From Mytilus edulis (lineage: Eukaryota), in the NCBI RefSeq assembly GCF_963676685.1, contig NC_092352.1:40362001-40426000 (forward strand): 64,000 nucleotides of DNA. Direction: 5' to 3'. The notes under the pieces are model-generated. The model worked only from the letters and a program-made list of their open reading frames with translations, did no database searches and was not told the DNA's origin. Every line of letters begins with the position of its first letter. Positions within the stretch are counted from its first letter, which is position 1. Both the position numbers and the translations under genes were made by a program. Below are positions 14,650 through 28,782 of this stretch, in pieces.

Positions 14650-15370
14650 AATATATTGGAGATTTATCCGTTAACTTAAAAAAAAAAAACACCCCACACA
14701 TCTCCACTCAATTATGAAAACTGTAAGGAAAAAAGAGAAACTTTACATATACGTTGCGCACGAGGTGGTACCAATTCCATTTTGCTATAGATTAGCATAA
14801 AAAATAAATACGTAGACTGGTCAGTTCGATAAAAAATACAGTGATTTCTGATTGAATTCATCACATTAGACTTGAAATTAAAGAAAAAAAAAGAACCGAA
14901 ATTTAAAATACCATGAATTATAACACTGAATTATCCCATTTTTAAACAAAAACGTAATGTCCAACGTTTCATTTTGTGTGCAAAAGATCAGAGTTCCGTT
15001 TCGTTCCTACGGTATTTTTTCTCCGATCATTGTAAAACTTCTCAAACACTGCTATTGTTAAAGTTATTCGCGTGTTAAAGCAAAATCAATATCACTGAAA
15101 CCGTAATCTGGAAAATGTTATTTTTGTAAATGGTGGATAAAAAAACTTAACACTAAGATTAATTAATCAGTGAAACAAGACCTACAAAAATCTGAAAATG
15201 ACGAAAAATAACAGTCAAATTCTTACTAGTAAGAGTTATTGCCCATAAATTACAATTGTGTACTACTTCAAATACGTCCGCCAAATATGTGCGGCCGTAT
15301 AATGGTATGGCGATGTCGTCCGGTCACGGTCGTCGTCTGAAGCATTTTGGTTTCTAGGCAATAGCTTAGG

Positions 15371-15407
15371 CAGAGACATATAATACAAATTGTATTATAT
15401 GTCTCTG
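15371..15407. mobile_element. 37-bp palindrome with 7-bp TSD (candidate P-element excision footprint)
   Basis: GCTTAGG|cagagacatataatacaa-a-ttgtattatatgtctctg|GCTTAGG, with perfect 18-bp arms. Confidence 0.8.
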
Positions 15408-17618
15408 GCTTAGGTATAAGTGCCGGTATGGATCTCTATGAAAGTGTACCAAATGGTTCTATAAAACAATAGGAAGGTTGGGATTAATTTTTGGGGTTAA
15501 TGTTCTATCTGTTTAGGGATGACTGGCCAAAATAAAGCAGTTTCTTGTTTCAGGACAATAACTTGGGTATAAGTGTATTGATCTATACAGAATTGAAGCA
15601 CAAGGTTCCATACATCAAATGAATGGTTGCGATCATGATTTTGGGTGTTATGACCCACACCGTCTTGGGTGCAAGGGCAAAAACAATGATTTTCTAGTTT
15701 CAAAACAATCACTTGAGTATAAGTCTGTGGATATTTATGAATATGTCATGACCATAAGGTTTCATACTTGAAAAATAATGTGATTGATTTTGGAGTTTTG
15801 GCCTGCTTTTAAACTAGTTCTCATTGCGGGGTCCAAATGGTTCGAAAGTAAACTTTGTTTGATCTCTTAATAAAAACAACATAAATGATTTGGATTCTTT
15901 GATATTTATGCTAGATCAAACTGTGTATTAAGAATTTAATTTTTTGGTCCCCATTTCATATGTGGTACGAGTGCCAATGAGACAACTCTCCATACAAGTC
16001 ACAATTTGTAAAAGTAAACCATTTTGATACATGTATTAGACCGTTTGTTTTCTCGTATGAATTGATTTTTATTTGTCATTTAATGGCCTTTTATAGCTGA
16101 CTATGCGGTATATGAGCTTTGCTTATTAATGAAGGTCATATCGTGACCTAAAGTTGTTATAATTACTGTGTCATTTGGTCTCTTGTAAAAGTTGTCTTAT
16201 TGGCAATCATATCACATCTTCTTCTTTATACATAAATCCAGTGGGCCCGAGAAAAGTTATTTCGTAGTGCATTTCTTTTGGACAATAAATTCATATCAAA
16301 AAAATTCGCACCTAGAAAAGCTAGTCTACCAGCTCTAACACAAAATATGGTAAATTCTGTGTTAAGGCGGTTTAAAATTCAGTTTGACAGCTTCAGACAT
16401 TCTTATTTTGATCTTTTGTAACTGGGCCAAATGACTACTAAGCATAAAGATTCAGCACCCATTTTTTTTACATGCAATTTTATCCCCTTACTTAATATTT
16501 CATGCATAAATATCAAGATGTACATTGGGAAAATGTATGAAAAAAATTTGCAAGTTATACACTGTTTACATGCACTAGAGACTATAATTCCTAATACCGC
16601 AGCCCCACTAGGCCACGATCACGATCTGTGAAAAAATACAAATTTTGATGATCGTAGTACGATCGTGTAGATCGCAGTGACGTCGCGCAAGATACTGGTG
16701 ACAATTTGAAGGTGATTCGAGAAAAATCGGCGAAAAGGCTAACTGTCCGTTTAGGACGCAACAATTTGCAGAATCGCTAAATAATTTTCGTTACCCAATC
16801 TAATGGCAACAAAATATCTGTTTTTCATGATATTTTTTTCACGAATAGGTTTCGATTTGAAGCGCTAAATTTTATGAAATAGGCAATTTTGCCGTGTAAT
16901 GCGTAACATTGAACATTGAGATCTCCAAACATTTTTGAGAATGAAATATGGATTGAGTAGCCAAAGGTAGTTCTCATTTGGAAGGAATTAAGAACCATAT
17001 GTAAAGTTTTGAATTACATAATTTTACTTACATATATGACGTCATACATGTAGAAAAATGACGTCATAGCAACTTTTTGATCTTGTAATGGTGACAAATA
17101 ATCTAGACTCCAACTGCAAACTTTGAAGATCAAATTCATATACTGAAGGTAATTTTAAAAGGATATCGTTTATATTTATAATTTATAAATTACAAACATT
17201 TCTGTTTAAATTGGTACCAAACTTTTTGAGTTTACTTGTTTTAAAAAAAAACTATTGAAAAAATTTAAAATCAGAAAAAATGTCCCGTATCATCTGAAAT
17301 CCAAACAAATATTCCATTTTGACGATTTCGGGATCTACGATGTATCGCGATTAAATCAGAAGAAAAATACTGATACAGATTTCAAAAATTACAACAAATA
17401 CTGAACATGATAATATAAATACTGGCTGTTTTTATATTTTATCCTTTTCGCAAATAAAGAAAAGAAAAATCAGAAAAAATGTCCAATGAGACAAAAAACG
17501 TCGAAAAATAATGAAACGTCATATTTCACACAGAGTCAATACGCAAAAGAAATTATAAGAAGAACTTGTAAAGAATCGATCTCCAAACATGAAACGATAT
17601 GGGCATGTTTTTGCCTTA

Positions 17619-18177
17619 GGGAGCTTCCATTTGATTTTTAAGGGGGGGGGGGGGGGGGCTAGAATGAAATTTGAAAAAGAGGGAGGACAGGGGTTTTGAG
17701 TGTAAAAAAAATGAATAAGAATGGAAACGGGGAATATGTCAAAGAGATAACAACCCGACCAAAACGTAGAAAACAGCTCAAGGCCACCAATGGGTCTTCA
17801 ACTTGCGAGAAATCCCGCACCCAGGGGAGGTCTTGAGTAGGCCCCGAAATCCTAATGTATACTAGATCAAGAAAATGGACGCCACTCTTCACTTCGAAAC
17901 ACAGAGATGAACTAAAAGTAAAAAAATATAAAAGACTAACAAAAGCTATAGGTACCTGACTTAGGACAGGCGCGAACTGCGGTGGGGTTAAAAGGGCAGG
18001 ATGAGCAGTTGGCAAACAAACCCAGGATAAACTTGTAAAAAAAGGCAGGACCAAATATAGTGAAAATAAAAAGGCAGGACCGAGATAACAACTAAAAAAA
18101 ATGCCGGACAAAATTTTTCATCCTAGCACCCCCCCCCCCCCCCCCCCCCCCCCCATTAAAATCAAATGGTTGCTCCC
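17619..18177. mobile_element. PIF/Harbinger-type MITE with poly-G/poly-C subterminal tracts
   Basis: TIRs gggagcttccatttgatttt...(G)n-ctag and ctagca-(C)n...aaaatcaaatggttgctccc. TTA TSD at 17616-17618 and 18178-18180. Contains a family-A repeat at ~17712-17993. Confidence 0.85.
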
Positions 18178-18503
18178 TTAATGAAATAAAAATATTATTC
18201 TATATTAAAATTCGTAAAAAATGATTTGACTTTAGGAAGTTCTGGAACAATCTAAAAGAAGAGTTACCATATTAGATAATTTTCGTAGACAAAACAAGAG
18301 GCACCAATCCCTTCAAACAACCGAAATGATCTCTGGTGTTTCAGGAGAATGATTAGTTCCAAAAAAATAAAACACGAGACAAAAAAGACTCATATTTAAT
18401 TATTGAATGTATTTATAAACCAACAATCAATTAAAATAATCGGACTTAAAAAAATCAGACCAAAATTTTGTGTACATTCAAATATAAATATGCTTTCAGA
18501 AAT

Positions 18504-21158
18504 ATGAATAACAGAAAAAAAAGTAAACTTTCGGCTAAGGAAATACTTATTAGGAACAGAGAACGAAAAAGGCTTCAGAAAAATGAAACGAGTAGAAAAT
18601 CTTATGGAAAGTTGTACAAGAATAAAGAGAGCGAGACAAAAACATATAGTCAAACGATTAATGCAAGAAAAAAGAGAGAACAAAGGGAGAAATCTAAGAA
18701 AATAAATGAAAGAAAACTGAAAAATAAAATGAATGTCCGTAAACACAGAGGTAAAAAAAATGTAGAACTTTCATCAATGTCACTTGTTGTACCAGAAGGT
18801 TCAAATGTTTTCAAAAACAGAATGGAAAAGGCCAGAGCCCTAAGAAAATTTAAAGAAGGTTTACCAAAATCTCCATCTAAACGATGCGCAGTTATATCGA
18901 CTTATTTGGCCCGCAGATCCCCTCGATCGCCAACAATAGCTAATCTGAAACATTCAGTTTCGCCAGTTGAAATGGCCGTCGTTGCAGATATTCAAGAAAT
19001 AATAAAATCTACAAAATTAAAGCGATCTAAGAATGCACGTTCGGTAATGAATTCTGTTACTGCATCAATCAGCGGGGAAAATTTAGCAAACTCGAGAGGT
19101 AAAATTAAACTGTGTAAAAATTTAGGTTTGCCAGCAAGAAGGGTTGCTGGAGGCCAGCGTATTAGGTCTAGAATTCTTAAAAGTGAATCGTCTGCATGGG
19201 CTCTTACGCAACAGAAAACAAGAAAAGATTCCATTTCAGAAGAAACAAAGAAAACAGTTTATAACTTTTGGCTCTCTGATGGCATATCACACCCGACCGG
19301 CAACAAATCCGATATCAAAAGAGAACGATTGGGACCAAACTTATATACTTCGCATATGACACACGTGCTGGAAAAAACACAAACTGATGCGTATTTAGAT
19401 TTTGTCGCCAAATATCCGGAAATTAAAATTGGACAAAGAGCATTTGAGAAACTTCGACCGTTTTTCGTAAGACCTGCATCTGAAAAAGATAGAAATACAT
19501 GCTGTTGTAGATATCACGTGGAAGCAAACCTTGTTTTCAAAGCATGTATGAAGTTCAGAAAATCGTGTGACAGGGAAACCGATTCGCAAGAAAGTGACTA
19601 TCCCGTATTTGAGAAAATGTCAGACCTTATACATATTACGCTATGTCCAAAAGTAAATGGATTTTATAGAAAAAATTGTCTTGACCGAAAATGTAGCCTT
19701 TGCGGCGTTGGTAATTTCAAACTTTCACCCAACGAATCACAGTCGTCTTCAACTGTTGAATGGCAAAAATATGAATATATAACTGAAAAATCGAAGGGTA
19801 AAAATGTAAGGCGCCGACTGACCCTGATAAAAAAGAAAACTAGCGTAAACGAAATGTTTCTCAATTTAAAAAAGCTTCTCGAAACTTTCCCCGCTCACCA
19901 GCACCGATCAAACTGGCAAAGCAATCAACTTAAAAGTCTTGTTCAGAACTTGCCAGTCAATCATTGCATATGCATCCACGATTATTCGGAAAATTATCGC
20001 TGTGTCGAGAAAGAAGAAATCCAATCCAATTACTTCCAAAGAACTGAATGCAGCATTCATGTAACCGTCATGCACCGACACGCCATTTTAGAATACGATG
20101 GTATAGACAGTACAGAAGAATTTCCGGAAATAATTACGGAACATTTTTTCGTAATTTCCCCGGACCTGCAACATGATAATGATTTTACAAAATATGTCCA
20201 AAAGAAAGTTAAGGAATATTTAGATTCAATATCATACACAGTTGATCATATGCATGAATTCACAGACGGTTGTTCTAGCCAATATAAATCGCGGCACTGT
20301 TTAGGAAGTTTATCTACTGCCATCCCTGATTTGGGATATAAAACATTCCATAGAAATTTCTTTGAAACAAGCCATGCAAAAGGGCCTCAAGATGCCGCGG
20401 GGGGATTTATAAAAAGACAGGCGGACATATCTGTTCTACGTGGCAATACAGTGATTCAGAATGCGAAGGATTTATTTACGTTCTGCGAAAGTAGCCTTAA
20501 AAAGCCAAGAAGTGCATTATTTAAAAGAAGGGTATTTCGATATGTGGACTCAATTGATAGACACAATTCCAAAATATTTAAGCCGATCCAGCAAAATAGA
20601 CAAATACATCATGTTTTTACTAGTACATGTAATGAAATCATTGTTTCCGATCTCTCTTGTTACACGTGCGATCAATGCATTTTGGGGAATTATCTTAACT
20701 GTTTAAATGTAGAAAATACCGGGGTAAAGAAAACTATTAAGCCACGCGAAATAACACAAACTTCTAACGAAGAAGAAGTAGCACAAGACACTGACATTCT
20801 TTCAGAAGACATATCAGATTTGGTATCCATAAACTCTGTTGTGGCTGTCAAAACCGACGATGATAACTTTGACTATTATTTAATGAAAATTTCCAAAGGT
20901 TCACACGTATTGAATTCAGCAGAGAGTGACAGCTGGGGTGCTACATATCCCCCTGGATTCGAGGTTTTCCGGGGTCATTATTATGACAAAATCAGTGACA
21001 ATGATCCGTTAAAATATAAACTTTTAAAGACAAAGACTGCTTTGGTACCGACGAAATCTCTGCTATACATACTTGCTGATGTAGATGCCTCTTATCGTAT
21101 AACTATTTCAGAGGACACCCATCTAGACATTCTTTCTGTATTGGACAATTTGGATTGA
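18504..21158 (+). CDS. Putative DDD/E transposase, Sola-like (884 aa from first ATG; the ORF track starts it at a TTG at 18468)
   Basis: Uninterrupted ORF inside the TIRs. Basic N-terminus, Cys clusters (TCCCRYH, CLDRKCSLC, SCYTCDQC), and RNase H-like catalytic motifs IHDYSENY, FTDGCSSQYK and FFETSHAKGPQDAAGG. Superfamily call is from motif recognition only. An upstream exon via tttcag at ~18499 is possible. Confidence 0.8.
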   Translation: MNNRKKSKLSAKEILIRNRERKRLQKNETSRKSYGKLYKNKESETKTYSQTINARKKREQREKSKKINERKLKNKMNVRKHRGKKNVELSSMSLVVPEGSNVFKNRMEKARALRKFKEGLPKSPSKRCAVISTYLARRSPRSPTIANLKHSVSPVEMAVVADIQEIIKSTKLKRSKNARSVMNSVTASISGENLANSRGKIKLCKNLGLPARRVAGGQRIRSRILKSESSAWALTQQKTRKDSISEETKKTVYNFWLSDGISHPTGNKSDIKRERLGPNLYTSHMTHVLEKTQTDAYLDFVAKYPEIKIGQRAFEKLRPFFVRPASEKDRNTCCCRYHVEANLVFKACMKFRKSCDRETDSQESDYPVFEKMSDLIHITLCPKVNGFYRKNCLDRKCSLCGVGNFKLSPNESQSSSTVEWQKYEYITEKSKGKNVRRRLTLIKKKTSVNEMFLNLKKLLETFPAHQHRSNWQSNQLKSLVQNLPVNHCICIHDYSENYRCVEKEEIQSNYFQRTECSIHVTVMHRHAILEYDGIDSTEEFPEIITEHFFVISPDLQHDNDFTKYVQKKVKEYLDSISYTVDHMHEFTDGCSSQYKSRHCLGSLSTAIPDLGYKTFHRNFFETSHAKGPQDAAGGFIKRQADISVLRGNTVIQNAKDLFTFCESSLKKPRSALFKRRVFRYVDSIDRHNSKIFKPIQQNRQIHHVFTSTCNEIIVSDLSCYTCDQCILGNYLNCLNVENTGVKKTIKPREITQTSNEEEVAQDTDILSEDISDLVSINSVVAVKTDDDNFDYYLMKISKGSHVLNSAESDSWGATYPPGFEVFRGHYYDKISDNDPLKYKLLKTKTALVPTKSLLYILADVDASYRITISEDTHLDILSVLDNLD

Positions 21159-21274
21159 AATAAGAATTAAATTATAAAACATCATGCACTGTTGTTTAGC
21201 CACTCATAAAATATTTTAGTAGACCTTTCCGATTCAAATGAAATGATTCAACGTGGCTCTGCTTATAATTAAAA

Positions 21275-21456
21275 AATATAATATATATATATATATATAT
21301 ATATAAGTACGTCTGAGTCAGTGACAACCCTACAACAGATGTATCCATCGGATCGCCATCAATGATGGTGATACATGGCTGTGTACATAATGTATATACA
21401 ACTCGTCTAAACATAATGTTTAGACGAGTTGTATATATATATATATATATATATAC
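21275..21456 (-). mobile_element. Short fragment of the hammerhead/tRNA-like unit embedded in (TA)n
   Basis: 21303-21357 is the reverse complement of 13231-13285, and 21399-21414 is the reverse complement of 13615-13630. A 16-bp inverted copy follows, with (TA)n on both sides. Confidence 0.85.
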
Positions 21457-23384
21457 ATTTTTCGTTAAATAAAATATACATGAATATCTTTACTGAAAAA
21501 AAATATTCCCATGAAAAAAAACCTGAATGAATCAATGCTTACACATTAGAAATCACATTAGAAAAACGTTACGTAAAAAACAAGAAAATAAGACGGCTTT
21601 TTGCTATATTTCCGACGTTACGTTATTATCACCAGTATTTTGCGCGACGTCAGACTTAAGGTCGTATCACGGTCGTGGTGAGGTCTTCAAGATCGTGATG
21701 AGCGTGGCCAACTTTGAACATGTTCAAAACAATCGTGGTGCGGTCGTGGCGAAATCAGGTCGCAGTAGAACCGTAGTGAGAGCGCAATAAGATCGTAGAA
21801 AGATCGCAAAGGTCGCTGTACCATCGTAGCGAGAGCGTAGCGAAAGCGTGATTCTATTCGGAGAAACTGCTCTACGAGCTCACAGCGACGTTATTACGAC
21901 CTCACTACGACTATCACGTTCTCACCGCGACCCAACTGCGCTTCCACTACGACTATACCACGCTGTTCACGACCAAAGTACGATTCTAGCACGCCCTTGC
22001 CGTCCTCATCACGCTCTTCTTACGACCTGACTACGTTCATACTACGACCAATATTCTTATTGTCATTTTCACATAAAATATATTAAATCTCTCCAGGTTT
22101 TGTTTGTCTTTATGTAATTGGGACCTCTTGTCCATTTTCTCTAACGACTCAACCATGCTTCTCGTTTTCATATAGATAAGACCGTTGGTTTTCCCGTTTG
22201 AATGGTTTTACACTAGTAATTTTGGGGGCCCTTTATATCTTAATGTTCGGTGTGAACCAATGCTCCGTGTTGTAGGCCGTACCTTGGCCTATAATGGTTT
22301 ACTTTTAAAAGTTATTACTTGGGTGGAGAGTTGTCTCATTGGCACTCATACCACATCTTCCTATATCTATTGACACATCTGTGTCATCTCTCGGCTACCG
22401 TTCACTAAAATATCGTCATTTCAGCTTTATGGACCAGCAATAGGTTGTAAATTAGGTTGGATTGGTCGGTCCGAAATTTCTACTTGATCAGGATTCGTTA
22501 CTATCAGAGCTCCCTCTGCCTCTACATCAACCCCCACCACCACACCCACGTGTTCTAGTAGATTTTGGTGACATAACTATTGTTTCCGAGAAATCTACGT
22601 ATTAATCAGAAATAGAAGGAATGGAACTGTATTAGTATGGAACACGATGTTGACGTTATTGCTGAGAGCGTAGTAAGATCGCGGTATGAACATGGTAAAT
22701 AAATAAAAAATAAATAAATAATCTTTATTTCAAGAGGAGAATCGTGGTAAGCACGTGCTATAATCGCAGTAGAAGCGTGGTAAGATCATGTTGCAATCGG
22801 ATAACTCGTGGTATGGTCGTAGTGAGAACGTGATGAGCGTGGAAAGATCTTGATAAGCGTAGTGAGGTCGCAGAATAAGCGCGGTGAGAACATGGTATAA
22901 TCGTAGCGGGATCGTTGTAGAAGCGTAATGAGGACGTAGTAGCATCGTGAAAGCAATGAAAATTTACATTTTCCTGCCGCTCATACCGCGACAGCACCAC
23001 GATCTGAATTTATTTTTAGATCGCGGTGAGCGTGGTGCAATCGTGGTCTAGTGGGACTGGGGCTTAAATCAAATGACGATAACTGTAGACTCGGACCAGT
23101 TTGGCAAGACAGGCTCGTCCGGACCTCTACAGCATCGTTCATGGTGAAGATAAGTCCAGAAATATGATCAACCGCACCAAAATAAAATCGACGTATATTT
23201 TTTTCTCCATCTAATCACATATATTTCGGCTTTATAATATTTCTTAATTTATCTTTAATTCAACATATTGGTCTTTTGTTTTGGGGATGTACAAGTACCC
23301 GGTCACATCCACTCTGTGATTTTGTTACATGTATTTATATGTGTATCAATTAATCTGATGAGTTAAGGCTTTTTAAACTGATTT

Positions 23385-24900
23385 TTTTTATACCCATTGG
23401 GCCAACCATTTAGGGTGTAGGGGTCGAATAGTAAGATATACATGCATGTTCCTTTGACCTGTACTTCATTTTCATGAGTCAATGTTAAGATTTGTTGCTA
23501 AATTTGTTTCCCAGACACAATCAACTATATATTTGTGTACAATGATTGTAAACTTGTACTTGTTCGACTCATGCAGGGTGCAACTGACATTGGTTCAATT
23601 TTCATTTGATTCTTGCTATTGTTAAGTGGGTGTGATACTTGTACTAAAACAAGTTCATGATCAGTGAAGCAACCGAGACATTTCATTGAGTGCACTGTTT
23701 ATACTTCATTTTATTTCATTGCATTTAAAAGGTTAAATCAGATGATCCACTGATAGTTCTTTGGTTTTTCCTCCCAAAAGTTGAGCTAATATCGTCGGAT
23801 GTAACTGAACCTGCACTTTGTGGTTTCAAATGCCAACATAAAGCATATTAGATAAAGGAATGGAATGAACTCTTTTCATTTTTAACGTTTAATCAATTTT
23901 CATATTTATGTTTCTTTTGTCTTATCGCAGTCACAGAATGCGACACACGGGCATTCTAATCTGACAACGACGAAGTTGGTGTACACTATAATGTTTTTTT
24001 TTTCTATTTATTTTTTATAAATGTCTATTGTTCTTGTACCTCTTTTTCGGTGTTGATCGACTGCTTAAAACTATATATTTTTTGTCGCATTCGCATTAAT
24101 TTTTCAATTGTTTTGAGCTTATTTAGTAAATTTATATTTATGGTATACGTCACCCTTACAAAGTTTTATTGTCCGTCAGCCAGAGTTTACCTGACCTCGG
24201 CCTCGTTTCATTGATAAGTGATGAAGTTTAGGTGTTCGTGGTTTGATCTGTTTCTCCGATACTATAAGCAATTATATGTCAGCTATATTTGGTACAAGGA
24301 ATAATTGTCAAGTATACAAGTCTATCTGACAGGTTTCATCCGACCTCGACCTGATTTTCATTAGACTATGTGAAGTGTTTGTATTTTAGTCCGTTACTCG
24401 GACACTATAAGTAATGTGTCAACTAAATTTGGTACATGGAATTATTGCAAGGTGTACACGTCGGTCTTGCAGGTTTCATATAACCCTTACCTTATTTCCA
24501 AAATTAATTGATCAATAAAAAAAAATAGTGGCTTAAAATTTGTTGTTTCTTAGATATTAGAAGCAATGGGTCAACTATATTGATGTATAACATGATTGTA
24601 TGGTGTGTGTTCATTTTTGTTTGGAAGGTTTCATCGTACGTTGACCGGATTTTCTAAGTTCATATGGTAATGCTAAGTTTTTGTGGTTTTTTTTCAGTTG
24701 CTCAGATATACTACAATTAATTAATTGCATGTCATGCATGCGGTGATGCCGTCGGTATATATAGAGTTGCTTATGCGAGTCTTGTAGGGTTCCTTTGACC
24801 GTGTGCTCATTTTAATGGTCCATTGTTCAATTTTAAACAAACAATGTTTAGTTTATGTGATGCATTTAGTTAAAACTTCATCTTCTATTATAAAACTTCC
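23385..24900 (+). repeat. Degenerate satellite-like/HINE units (gacct.gacct.attttca...caactatatttgg motifs)
   Basis: Recurring ~120-160-bp units. Similar units occur on the opposite strand at ~36750-37700 and at ~11860-12420. Confidence 0.55.
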
Positions 24901-25656
24901 AACAAAAATTCGAAACATTCCAGCGTTTCCACTCTAGTGAATTTGGAAAAAATAGAGTATGGGTGGTTCCTTCACATCTGCTTATTCATATGGTTAGATT
25001 TTTAAAATAGGTTTTTAAACACTTTATAAAACTAATCAAAGTTACTGCTTTGTTAAAAAGAGGGACGAAAGATACCAAAGGGACAGTCAAACTCATAAAT
25101 CTAAAACAAACTGACAACGCCAAGGCTAAAAATGAAAAGACAATTGTTTATACCAAGGATTGTGATTTCAAAGATGATTCTACTTTAAATCATCCTCGCT
25201 CTACATGGGTTGATTTGTTGTGGTTTTCTTAACATCCAGTGGCAAATATATATTTCATGCATGTTTTGTGCCGTTATATTTTCGTTCGAATATTGCTTAG
25301 GAATTTCAGCTCCTATAATATTGATTGATATTATGCTCGAGACTCTTGTACAACTCTGTTTTGTGTGGTTATATTTTGGCACCGTTCAAATAAATGCAAA
25401 TACCTTCTTATCGTATTGCACCCAAAGTATGTTTTGTTGTAACTCGTTTTAAGGGAGTAATATACAAGAAATTGACAACAATATAACTTTAGGTATTTCT
25501 ATTCTTTTTTACTTGATAATTTGGTTTCTTCTTTGGTGTTAAGATATATAAAATAAACATTCCACTCCTGAAATTTGTTTTAAAAAGTTCCTGAGACAAT
25601 ATTTAACAATAACCAAAAGGCGACTTTCTGTCATATCTAAGTTTTTAAGAAAATGT

Positions 25657-28575
<2,919 letters not shown>

Positions 28576-28729
28576 GATTACTTGTTGATATGTAGAAGGT
28601 TAAGATTTTTTTAGAAAAAAGTCTCACGTCTGACTTGTAACGAGTCTGATTGTGAGTATAATTTCTGTGCTTGTGACGTTGAATGTTAGATCAAAAGGTT
28701 TTGTAGAAAGTGTAACAATTTCCCAGCTC

Positions 28730-28782
28730 TTTGATTGGTTAAAGTCTTCACAAGCTGGTACACGAAGCGATTTGATTGGTCA
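28730..28782 (-). promoter_or_regulatory. Tandem CCAAT boxes upstream of alpha-tubulin B
   Basis: CCAAT on the minus strand at 28734-28738 and 28775-28779, 160-200 nt upstream of the ATG exon. Confidence 0.45.

Larger units (their letters stand above)
16679..21651 (+). mobile_element. Autonomous-looking TIR DNA transposon (Sola-like), ~5.0 kb
   Basis: 27-bp TIRs with 25/27 match: GACGTCGCGCAAGATACTGGTGACAAT (16679-16705) and ATTATCACCAGTATTTTGCGCGACGTC (21625-21651). They enclose a long intact transposase ORF and interrupt the Harbinger-type element. Confidence 0.85.
16595..23064. mobile_element. Non-autonomous PIF/Harbinger-type element (host of nested insertions)
   Basis: Imperfect TIRs taccgcagccccactaggccacgat and atcgtggtctagtgggactggggct. 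TAA TSD at 16592-16594 and 23065-23067. CpG-rich gatcgt/cgac subterminal repeats at 16610-16678, 21652-22050 and 22660-23050. Confidence 0.75.

Noticed and set aside
21527-23000. Short ORFs at 21527-21790, 21848-22030 and 22730-23000
   Set aside because: Arise from the CpG-rich subterminal repeats of the Harbinger-type element, with no transposase motifs.
16362-23128. Possible fifth, outermost TIR element around the nest
   Set aside because: Candidate termini are too degenerate and no TSD could be identified.
23345-23385. CTGATGA as another hammerhead core
   Set aside because: No downstream GAAA box or closing stems found.
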